Of a DNA stretch of 64,000 nucleotides, positions 53,101 to 64,000 are shown piece by piece. The translations under genes and the position numbers were made by a program. The stretch is from positions 1,021,598-1,085,597 of the forward strand of contig NMRA01000015.1 of the NCBI GenBank assembly GCA_002633005.1. The letters run 5' to 3'. Below the pieces are notes generated by a model that saw only the letters and a program-made list of their open reading frames with translations, had not been told where the DNA came from and searched no databases. Source of the DNA: Phoronis australis (Eukaryota; Animalia; Phoronida). Numbering within the stretch: the first letter of the stretch is position 1; every line of letters begins with the position of its first letter.

Positions 53101-56100
53101 TTTGTAGACCATCTTGTCCTGGAACGCCATTTTCACAGTGACAGTGAGATTGATCACAAAACAAAAGAGCGTCGCACCAGGCACAGTAGTGAGCATTTGA
53201 CGGTTGAATACGATAAGGTAATATTTCATCCCAGTTTCTTGATGTGTTCTTTTACAATTTTGCTAAAACATTCTGTGGCGCATTCTCCTTCACTGAGAAT
53301 TTATACCTTGGCCACTGTGGTGGTCTACATAGTGATCTCATTTCTGGTTGCAGGTCAGTCTGAATACTTATTATTTATTTTAACTTCGCTAGTCTCTCAC
53401 ATTTAACTGCAAAAATACCGTTTCTTTATTTTCAATACAACTGCATTGATTTGCTTACACAGATAATTCGATGAAAGGTCTATTTGCACTGACCTCTATA
53501 TTGTTGCATCATGTTTGGTTGGCCATTTCTCACCTGATGATGGGTGGAGAAATTGCTGACTGAAATGTTGTACAAACTGACTAAACATGAATTACTTAAT
53601 TCTACAAGTTCACTACATCAAAACTGTTTCAGGAAGTCACTGTTTACTTAATTGCTTTTGCTATAAATTTTGACGAAATTAAATTATACTTGTCCAACAA
53701 ATTTTGTACTTAAAGCTGCACTTGGCCCTGTTTAGCTGGCTAAAAATGAAAATGGAATTTTAAAAGCCTTTTACTACATAAAACTGGTTCCAATATCCCT
53801 TACTATGACAAGATGATATTCCCATTACCAAAAAGAACATCGGAACCATCAGTGACTCAAGAAAATGCTTCAAAATTTATTGGGGTTGGCCAACCCTAAA
53901 ATTGTGAATTCGAAAATGTCACATGTATTACCTGGGTCTTGAGTAGGTAACGGTAATATAATGCAATCTTGGTAAGGAATGTTATGAGACATATTTTGTG
54001 ATAGTGAAAGGTATTGAATGCTAGTGGATACTGATAATTGTTGCACCATGTAGAGTAATGTGACTGACATTCCAGTCCAGACTTGTAGCACTGAATAATC
54101 TACTGGATACTGATAACTGTTGTACTGAATTGTTTGTCTTTGTTAGTGATGTATGGATGTCTACGTATGTCAATACAATACTTTCATTGTCCTTTTATTT
54201 AACAGCTGAATAAATCCACACAAACATTATTTTCTAAGAAATTTTTTACGTTTAATTCAGTAACTTCAAAGGTCCTCAACAGATTTTCATAAAATTTTAA
54301 ATATAGGCATTTATTGGTGTGATGACACTATCTTTCTGTTTTTGGATGGAATCGAGGTATTTTGCACCACCTAGTGGCCATTTTTTGCTGTTTTCAAGTC
54401 TTGTTTTTGGTGTCCACCCCTGTATCAACCAAATCATTTGAAAATTGGCATATATGTTCTCAGTGTGAAGATGACCTTTGATGATGGTGACTGACTACTG
54501 TGGTAGTTTTGTTTTGAACCCATAGTTGTATCTCCTAAACCCACTGCAGAATCTTTACTAAATTTAGTAAGTGTATTTATATGAAGATAACAACAGACGG
54601 CGACGACTTTCAGGCAGATCCAACGGACACTGTGCCCACTAGTGGCAATTTCATTTCATTCTGTTTTCCTTTGTTTCTCTGAAGTTCCTTGACAAAGTGA
54701 AATATGGCATGTTCCTGTTTTTGAATGGATTGTATGTTTTTGCGCCATCTAGTGGCCATTTTTATGCTACAAATAAATAACCGTAAAAGCACACCATTTG
54801 CAATGCATTTGTGGGCGCATTTCAATGCTCCGCGTTGCTCTTGTTATGTTTGCATCTGTACCTTCAAAGGTCCTCAACCGATTTTCATGAAATTCAGCAC
54901 ATAGGCATCCATTAATGAGGTGACACTATCCTCCCGTTTTCAGATGGATTCGAGGTATTTTGCACCACCTAGTGACCATTTTTACTGTTTTCAAGTCTGT
55001 TTTTTAGTGTCCGTCCATCCATCAACCGAACCACTCTAAGGATGATTGTGAAAATTAGCATGTATGTTCTTACTATGAAGAGGAGGCTTGACGATGATTT
55101 TCCGACGACTTTGACTACTGTGGCGCCTCCTAGTGGCAGTTTTGTTTGTTTTTGCACCCTTGGCTATATCACCTAAACGCTCTGCAGGATCTTTATTAAA
55201 TGTAACAAATGTGTTTATATGCAGAAGTTAACAACTGAAGATGATGATTGTCAGATGAGTCTGACTAACACTGCCCCCTAGTGGCAATTTCATTTTTTCT
55301 GTTTTCCTCTGTTTCTCTGAAGTTCCTTGACAATTTTCATGAAATTTGTTAAATAGCTTTCTTTTAAAGAAACGGTGACATTTTTCGGTTTTCAGATGGA
55401 TTCGACATATTTTGCTTCATCTATTGGCCATTTTCTGTGTTTTCTAATCTTTTTTTGCTGTCTGCCCTCTGTCATCCAAACCACTCTTAGGACGATTGTG
55501 AAAATTGGCATATATATTGTGAAGAGGACGGTTGAGCATGATTTTCTGACTTCAATTAATGTGGCGCCTCCTAGTGGCAGTTTTTTGAGCCCTTGAATGT
55601 ATCTCCTAAGCCCTTTGCAGAAGATGACAACTTTCAGGCGGATCCGATGAACCTTTGTCCACTTGAGGCAATTTCATTTTTTCCGTATTACTAAAGTTTC
55701 TTGATGGATTTTCATGAAATGTGCTATATAGCTTTCTGTTAAAAAACAGTGACATTTTCCAGTTTTTTGATGGATTCCAAATATTTTGCACTATCTAGTG
55801 GCCATTTTTATGATGCAAATAAACACCCTAGAAGCACACCTTTGCTTTTGTTTATTTTCCCTTGAAGATGTACTCGGAAACATGCTTCTTGATGTTAGCT
55901 GTAGATTTAGCAACTGGACAAAATCGGATTAAAAAAATACTTCTCTTAGGAATGTCTCTTGAGGCTACCTGTTTTTATAAAATATCATTTTCTAAGAAAT
56001 TCCTTGTCTTTTGAGTCTCTTATGTCAAGTTTATTTGTTTTTGCGTTGGACGCTTTCTTGAGTGACCTTATTGACTAATTATTATAGCACTCCTAGACTT

Positions 56101-59100
56101 ATCAGCCACTTTTGACACTGTTGGTAGTTCTACATGTATTCTAAAGTCCTTACTCTTTAATAAGTATTAAAAATATTTTTCTACTGGTTGTGTTACTGTT
56201 AGGGTTAAACATCAGTAGTGCCCGCGCAAACTGAAAGTAATTGGGCAAAATGACCTGGAATTCCAATCGTGACCCCCTGAGAGCAAGTGAAATTCATCAA
56301 TCACAGTAGTCGCTTCTTATGAATGGTAGTCTACTGATAAGCTAACGAGGGAAAAAGTAATTAGTAAGGTAACATTGTTGTCAGGGCTAGCCAACGGAAT
56401 TATGTTTGATTGCTTTCGGCGTGCATTGTGTGACTGTATTAATTCCCTCCTTGGCTATGTATTGGCCTGTGTTCATATTCACCGAATGTGTCTCGAATGT
56501 GTCTCGAGTATACAATAACTATTCTTTGTCATGACCCCATTCTGTATGCTGTGTATCTGGAGTAGACAGGTTTTAGTTCTGTCAGTTACCGTGTGATTGA
56601 CATGACCCTTGAGGTCAGGCCAGTGATGACGTAGAACCATAGTCTGGAACGTTTTCCAGCCTAGTATATGTTTGTAAACTGATTGGGTAGATTCAGGAAG
56701 TTTTAGAATGTGCTAGAACATTGTGATAGACTATAAGTACCTAGACACGTGGTTAGTGAGCATCAGTTGCGTGGAGTTAATATTAATGGTAATGTTTGAG
56801 TTACTGTTAAAGGCAAAGGCAACACTGTTTCATGTCTTTTTTAGCAAAAGTAAGGTTCGTTGGTTATCCCAGACGTATTTTCCTCTTAATTACAGCTTTT
56901 CGTAATTTAATTAATTATTCGTTCTCTTCTCCGGAAGTGACGTTTTGGGAGGCAAGCATTTCGCGTCAATTTCTTTTCTTATAGCCTGACTGTGAGAGCT
57001 GCCGAGTCAGTCATTGTTCTGTCTCAGATGTGATAAGTTTGGCCGTCGTTTGCTATTGTTTACGAGTCAGTCAACATGCCACACTGTTGCTGCGTACGGG
57101 GATGTACTCATTATCGTCTCACGGACAGAGGAACTACTGTCCCATTTGCCCGGCCGAGTGTACCGAGACACTCCCACCGGATAGTGACCTGAGCACACAA
57201 ACTGCTTACATCCCGCCATGTGTCTCCCTCGCCAGCCACCTGGCACCTTCTAAATAGCTCCAATACTTTAGACAAGTCCACAATAAACTTATCAAAGTTT
57301 GGCTCACCGATATGTTCATTGAACGACAAACTGTACTCTTCACTGACTGGACCTGTATTCACTCCCACTACTCAACATCGCAGCAGGGCTGCTTACAGGC
57401 TTTGGGCCATAATGAGTACATCCCGGTACGCAGCAACAGTGTGGCATGTTGACTGACTCGTAAACAAAAGCAAACAACGACCGAACTTATCACAACCCAG
57501 GTAGATCAATGACTGACTCGACAGCTCTCATAGTCCGACTATATGAAAAGAAATTGGTGCGAAATGCTTGCCTCCCAAAACATCACTTCCGGAGTAGAGA
57601 ACCAATATTTAATTAAATTACGAAAAGCTGTTATTGAGTTGAAAATATGTCTGGGATAACCAAGAATCTTATTTTTGCTAAAAATGACATGCAAAAAGGT
57701 TGCCTTCGCCTTAAAGAATGAGTCAACAGAGAGTCAGGTTCAGAAACAACAGGTTATTGAATCATGTTTAGATAATCTGTGGATCTTGTTTTATGTATAT
57801 TGTGGTCCTTATATTTACTTTGTGTGTTTGTAGGTGAAGATGACATCTCAACAAAGAGGGAAGTATCAAACTGGCCAAGGAAGGAACCAACACTCAGGTA
57901 ACATAATTTGCCGTTATTACTTTTCAATGCAGTTCATTTTTTCCACGTAGTGAGTGACAAAGACATATTCCTTCATTCACTTCTACAGACACACAAAGAC
58001 AAGAAAGACTATCATTCGAATCCAAGTATTTACTGTTATTCTCTGCAAGTGTGGTAAAGTCTACATCTACTGGATGCTCCATTACCACTGCAGCTAGTCA
58101 TCACTTCTGACAAAGAAACATGCGCAAGTTTTGAAACGTTATTACTACATGGTGTAAACATAAGAGGAATTTTCACTTTCACAAAGACATATTCCACTGA
58201 TGTTTTGCCCATGATATCACAAAAAAACCAATACAATGGAATCTGTCATATTGATCCAGTTTACCATGTTTTGATTAAAAGTAGCAAACTTGGTAATAGT
58301 CACTTACAGGCATCTTGCATTTTTAGAACCAGTTTTCTCCTCTGAAGAGCAGGCATCAAACTGGTTCTCAAAATCTAAGACTCTTGTAAGTGACTATTGC
58401 GGCAAACTCTGCAGTTGGAATAGCTTAAATTCTGTTTGGAAGTTATTTTGTTTCTAATTAAACCTTCTATAAGCCTACCCTCGGTGAAAAAAATTGATTT
58501 AGATGATGTAATGTTATAAACTGGTTTTGATCATTTTGTTGCTTACCCAGATAAGAGATTTCCGAGCTTGAAAATAACTTGCAGGCCGTTATTGACTTGA
58601 GACTATGCTCGGTTTGTTGGCTTGTCATGCAAGGTCATTTTGTATACCGACTCTGGTCTCGGGCACCATACCCAGAAGTCACACTCCTCAATAGAGGGCA
58701 CCACTTTCATTATAGGAGGTGGTCTTAATCAAAAGCTAGTTCCTTCAACAGAAGGCGCAGTTTGTACCAGGTTTAGTAAATTTCCCAAGTTTCTGCTTAT
58801 TTTTAGGAAGCTACAGAGGTAGACAGAACTCTGGCATGGCTGGAAATAATTCAGGAACCCCAAGAGGGAAACAACAACGACAGGCAGGGGTAGGTTGGGG
58901 GAGGTGGTTGATTAGAAATAAACTTATTATTGTCCCAGAGGCAATATGTTTCACAATAATTGTAGTCATTTGAAAACAGTTATAGGAAATGGAATGCTGT
59001 GCTTCAAATATTACAATCAAATATAATATTGATTGGTTTTTAAAAGAAAATAAATCAAACAATGCTGAAAGGATATTGCTGTGGGGAAAATATTGGACTA

Positions 59101-62100
59101 ATGTATTGAATGAATTGTGGGAGATGAGACAATGTGAGTCTTTGAGTAAAAGTGCGTGTATAGCTCAGGCTATGATAGTCTTCCACAGGTCAAAGTTCAG
59201 GAATTTCTGTATGAAATTTGACATTACCTTGTAGAAGTCACCCAGTCATGTCAAAGTTGAGGAAATCAACAATGGTTGCAAAGCAAATATCAGATTCCAT
59301 AGTGAAGTAATATAATTCACTAATTCAGAGACGTTGTTTTGGTGATTTGTACATTTTGTACTGCACTGTGCCTCCCTTGTCAATGACTGGATGGCTGGTG
59401 TTGTGTAACCCTAAAAGTAATGGTGTCATATACTGTGGATGTTGGAGTCCTTAATCTCATGGAGTCCTTAATCTCGGTCCATGTTGGGCTTTTATGAGGC
59501 TTTGTGATGAAGTCCACCATGTATGAAGAGATACGGAGAAGGAATCATTGCGGTGTTCTCCTGTTGATTCCACTTTACGGCATTGTCCTGTTGACCCCAT
59601 CTTGTTCAATTAGACAGCAAAAGAACAAGTTGGCCAGTTGACCAGTGTAGTCAGTAGCTTAAATCATTCATTTATTTCAATGTGGTATTTATGGTTGGAG
59701 GGTCATATCTCTTTTGTTGGATAGTTGCTCAAATCCGTTTAAGATTGTATCTAGCCTGACTGGAAGGTAGTGTCAAAAACAGTTTGAATATAAACCAATA
59801 ACAATTCTGAATTCCTGGTCAAATGTCCAGCTACAACCCAATCTACTCTATGCCAGCTCAGTACAGTTTCAGAAAGAAGACTGCGATCAGCAGTTAACAA
59901 AGGAGCAACATGTTATTGGCATAAGTCTGGTAAAACCATTGAATGGGAGAATGCACGGGTTGAATTCCATATAATGTTGCATGATAATTACAGTGTGTTT
60001 GTCTCAGTTTCAGCCTTATGAGACCTACTGGCCTACTGATCAAGTCTCACACGGTTTGAAAAGAGGAGAACTCATACAGGTCTGTGCTCTGCTAACCCTG
60101 ATGAAATAATTCTTTCTAGTCTGAGAAACAACTGGAGGAATAGTTTGTATAAATGTTGGTAATTTGACATGAAAAGCAACACTAAGTAGGTCATTGTTTG
60201 CTAAGTAGGTCATTGTTCACTGAGTAGGTCATTGATAGTAATGTAGTTGTAAGCTTTTTTGTGTAATTTTTATCACTTTTTTCATACCGATTTTATATTT
60301 TCAAGAGAAATTAATTGAACAGACAAATTCTATGGACAAGCTTCAGCTCTCCTCATATCATTTGATGTTCATTTAGAAGTGGGGAAAAAGTGTGAAACAA
60401 TGGTTGGATGTGTATTTCGTTCAACCCAGCTAAAATATTATTGGAAGTCATATTCCACCAACACACATTGCCATTCATTGTAGAACGTTGACTGTAAGTA
60501 AAAATTGTAAGGTTGTTGTCTGAGCTGTTGCTGACTTATCTTTGGTTTCAGGGCACCCTTCGTATTAACCCCAAGAACTACCAAGATGCCTATGTGCCTG
60601 ATCCGGTCAGTGTGACTTCAAATAGTCTATCTTAATTCTAACATTTTTGTGTCATTTAAATGGTGTGTTTTCTTAATCGTTATTCTGTACTTTAAATGCA
60701 CTAATATCATACTAGGCTCTCCTGCTACAGAATGTGAAGCGTAGCATTTTGTACTAAGACCAAGTCTACAGGAGCAGGAGACATGTTGTGCAACGTTCAG
60801 TGGATATAGCTGTGAAGTATTGCTACATGGCGATATTCTTTGAAGTCATCATGCTGTCAAATTACATTTTTGATCAGTGGGATATTAAAATGACTCCCAC
60901 AAAAAGCCAGCATTGAAGAGTCAGTTCAGCACCTCCTGTTCAGCAAAGTTCCGGATTGGTTCATTATGCTAGAAAATTATGTGTCAATGTTTGTTTTTGT
61001 GTGCCAATGCTGTCAGGATTTGTGTCTCCCAAATATTGTGTCTCCCAAATATTGTGTCTCCCTAATAAAAGTGCGTGACTCAAACCATCGCTCTATCTGC
61101 TCTCACTTGTCAGCAGAATGCTTACGTGTGGCTTTCTTCATTTTATAGAATGGTCACTCAGATATCTACATATCAGGGATGCGAGCGAGGAACAGAGCTC
61201 TGAATGGAGATGTTGTTGCTGTTCAACTGTTAGCATCTGATGAATGGAAGGTGATTTATTTCCTTCTGTTACACTATGCTTTATTACTGAAACTGGATTC
61301 AGTCTTACGTTTTGCCATATCATCTCCTTGTGGAGCTTACAGTTATACTGGCACTTGGTGATAAACTATTGCCATGAATAGGCTGAGGCTTGAAACAACT
61401 CTACTAATGCTGTGTTGACAGATATGACTTACAAGTGATATTTTTCAATAATGTTCAGGTTAATTAAGTATAGCTACTTGTTTGACTATTCAAGGTCATC
61501 CATTTGTAGAAACCAGGCCAGTTTAGTATGTTTTCTCCAAATCAGTCAGTGATCATTCATTGATTGTATCTTATCTAATTATACCATTAGGTGTTGGAAG
61601 ACGACTTAAAATTTGATGCAGAGAAGCCCAGCGGATCATCAAACAATTCTGGCCAAGAAACTCTTCCACCTTCTGTTGAGGAAGCGGTCGATGGTGTTGC
61701 CACTATGGCTATCAGTACAAGCCATACTGCTGCAGCGTCTGGTACCTCTGAGGCAACTTCTGTCGCTGAAGGCCAGACTGAAATGCCCCACACACCGAAT
61801 ACAAAGGCAACTCCTGACAAGAAAAAGCAGACGCCGAAAAAACCGCCTAATTCTGCCCGGAACTCTCCTCGCTACACAAGCGTTAAGTCGTTCAGGGATG
61901 AGAAACCAAGTGTGGCGAAGAAGTTGTTTCTTAACAACATGTCCGATGATAGTCATGCAATGAAGTATCTTATGAAAACTGGGAAGGTCAGTATGAAAAT
62001 TATTATCATGAAGGCTTTTACATTCTGAATTGTTGCTTGCTAATTATGATTCTATGAGTATCCCAGTCCGTAGAGTGTTCTAATGCAGAATCTGTTGTAT

Positions 62101-63463
62101 CAACTTGCTTATGTAATTCTAATTCTGTTATGACATCAATTTTTATGCTTACAGTTCCAAATCTGTGAAAGTGTAGCTTCATGAGAGTTTTATGCCAGTT
62201 CTTAACAAAGCAAATATAGTGGGCATGGTTTTGTTTTTTAACTGACAGTGTCAAATAAACTGTGTGTTTTTGGACTTCAAAAGTGTGAGAAATAGTTCCT
62301 TCTTGCTCTTGTATATTGAAGTCTATATACAATATGTACATATTAAGCCTTTAACCATCTTCAAGCATTGAACAAATCCAACTTGTCCACAGTCCATAAC
62401 AACAGCTACTGCACAATGCAAATAGCTGTGATTGGTTAATCCCACTGCTGCAGGTCAATTGAGCTAATATATATAGTAGACAGAACCAGTATACTTGAAC
62501 ACGATTCCTTAATATCAAATATACACAGAAAACAGGAAAGCAAGGATGGTTTTGTGAATTTTTTTTTCATCCATAACCTATTTTTGTGCGACTCCAACTG
62601 TTTACTTAGATCAACTAACAGTTCGTATCATCTCCACCAGGTGGTGACAGTAGTGGAGAAGAAACACAGCCGGTGTTGCACTGGAAACATCAAGCTAATG
62701 GCTGACAACAATCGTGAGAAAGTGTTATTCTCACCTATGGACTACAGAGCACCACGCATACATATCCCCATGTCTGACTGTCCCAAGGGTAAATACTCCT
62801 CCACTAGTAATGATGGTATACCTTCTAGTGTATGTTCATCTTTACCAACAGATGGCACTAGGAGTTGGGCTAAAGTTTCCAGTCTTTTGATAGCGAGATT
62901 TTGTGTCACTGATATGTTCTTTTCTTCGTGATTTGTTTTGTTGCCATCCTCAAAAATTACATTGCTTTGTCATGTAAGTATTCATAATGTCAATCTTGAG
63001 AAATCTTAGCTTTTACAATTTTAGAAATAACCAAGTAATTTGACATTCCAGCTTAGGTGCCCATTAACTTTCAGTGACTGTCATTTAGCAAGGTCATAAG
63101 CTTTCTCAGGTAACACTTGTGAGATCTTAAATTGCACTGGGATGATGTTGCATGATCTTTGCCAAATTTACAAAACACCTTACTGAACAAGACCGGTGCT
63201 TTTGAAGAACAAACTCTGAGTTTTTATTGAAGCACTTCACAGTTGCCGAACACAAAAACAATGTATTTTAGCTTGTATTTACCAAGTTTAACATATTTCA
63301 ACAATTCACGTTCTCATTAATGTGATTTGCTCATTTAGTGAATTGGTATTAAAAGGAGTTAATGATGTTCTACAGATTTTGCGGAGAGACCAGAAGACCA
63401 CAGCAAAACGTTGTTCATAGCCAGGATAGAAGATTGGCCAGAAAACAGTTCCTGTCCCTCTGG
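50156..63463 (+). CDS. DIS3L2: DIS3-like exonuclease 2 (RNase II/RNB family 3'-5' exoribonuclease), 5' part; continues off the right edge
   Basis: Conserved exons 60008-60079 ([14 protein letters not shown]), 60552-60605 ([18 protein letters not shown]), 61149-61250 ([21 protein letters not shown]), 61591-61986, 62641-62788 ([20 protein letters not shown]) and 63376-63463 ([16 protein letters not shown]). Upstream phase-consistent exons 50156-50258, 51146-51246, 52074-52352, 57834-57897 and 58807-58889 are less certain. Confidence 0.92.
51425..51520. repeat. 16-bp minisatellite (ATATTGTCAGTGTGTG)n
   Basis: About 6 tandem copies. Confidence 0.85.
51580..51744. repeat. 20-bp minisatellite (TTACGGGGAGCTATGTAGTG)n, about 8 units
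   Basis: Direct tandem copies. Confidence 0.9.
52650..53330 (-). mobile_element. Decayed Penelope-like retroelement fragment (GIY-YIG endonuclease region)
   Basis: The frameshifted minus-strand reading gives a C-x-K-x-R-x-TC-like linker, then IGE(T)KREL and DKPVA, in the order seen in Penelope/Neptune endonucleases. A hammerhead-like core lies adjacent at 53534. Confidence 0.45.
53714..54020. mobile_element. Truncated copy of the same MITE family as 19335-19638
   Basis: Starts TTAA|AGCTGCACTTGGCCCTGTTTAGCTGGCTAAA and shares the internal motif. Confidence 0.55.
54260..55840. repeat. Degenerate long-period tandem repeat rich in CTAGTGG motifs
   Basis: Recurrent blocks TTTTCATGAAAT, GATGGATTCGA and GC.CC..CTAGTGGC with a period of roughly 400-600 bp. 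Confidence 0.75.
56811..57711 (-). mobile_element. Kolobok-like non-autonomous transposon with ~300-bp inverted arms and a transposase remnant
   Basis: 56811-57114 is the reverse complement of 57409-57711. Flanks are TTAA and TAAA. Each arm holds a THAP-type start, MPHCCCV(P/R)GCTHY. The centre (minus) reads [16 protein letters not shown]...VTIRWEC, which resembles Kolobok transposase N-termini. Confidence 0.75.
58295..58398. mobile_element. Short MITE or hairpin element
   Basis: Termini are AATAGTCACTTACA and TGTAAGTGACTATT, with a further internal inverted pair AGAACCAGTTT/AAACTGGTTCT. Confidence 0.6.
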
Positions 63464-64000
63464 GTAAGTACAGTAGTCGTTTAGGTTTGTCTAAACAAAA
63501 ATTATGTCGGATCAAAACTTAAATTCCTGCCATGAAAATGATAATCTTTTCACGATACATCATTCTGCATACTTCCAGTTTGATATCTATGGTGGTCATT
63601 GCCTGGACGTTTTGACTTCACTCTAGAGTTCGCTGAAAAATACTACAAACCAATGTTTCAGACAGAGTTACAACATGGTAGACAACTGAATTTTTATTTT
63701 TTCACGAATAAGAAAAGTTGCTCTATGCTTTACCCTGACTGTAAGTGTTATACCATAGACCATGACTCTTAGTGTTTTTTAAGATTTGATTCAATAAATT
63801 TCAATTCATTCAAAATCACTCAATACCATTTAAAATAATTTCTTAAAAATTCCTATATCTTGTGGCAACATCAGTGACTTAGCTATGGTGGTGGGGTGGC
63901 CATCCACTTTGGGCTGCACGCAATAGTTTATAGGAAACAATTTGGTCATCCTGGCGTTGGGGTGCTGAGGGTAGTACCCATCTCTGTCTGAATGACTTTT

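Overview
AT-rich, intron-rich eukaryotic DNA, most likely from a bilaterian invertebrate, not a prokaryote. Most ORFs in the supplied track are spurious or single exons. Manual splicing gives five protein-coding genes: PPIH (minus, 5' part), ARMC9 (plus, complete, 21 coding exons, about 826 aa, with a U12-type minor intron), GNB1L (minus, complete), an unnamed ankyrin-repeat gene (minus, N-terminal exon not found) and DIS3L2 (plus, 5' part, long N-terminal extension). A possible spliced non-coding transcript with a C/D-box snoRNA-like element lies divergent from GNB1L. Introns and intergenic DNA carry MITEs, tRNA-derived SINEs, Kolobok/THAP and Penelope remnants and minisatellites. Three single-N joins are each flanked by duplicated sequence, probably false haplotype duplications. 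The oddest structures are a ~177-bp tandem array of palindromes whose asymmetric core occurs in both orientations, and a repeat carrying about 9 co-oriented CTCF-like motifs. All homology statements come from recalled family sequences, not database searches.
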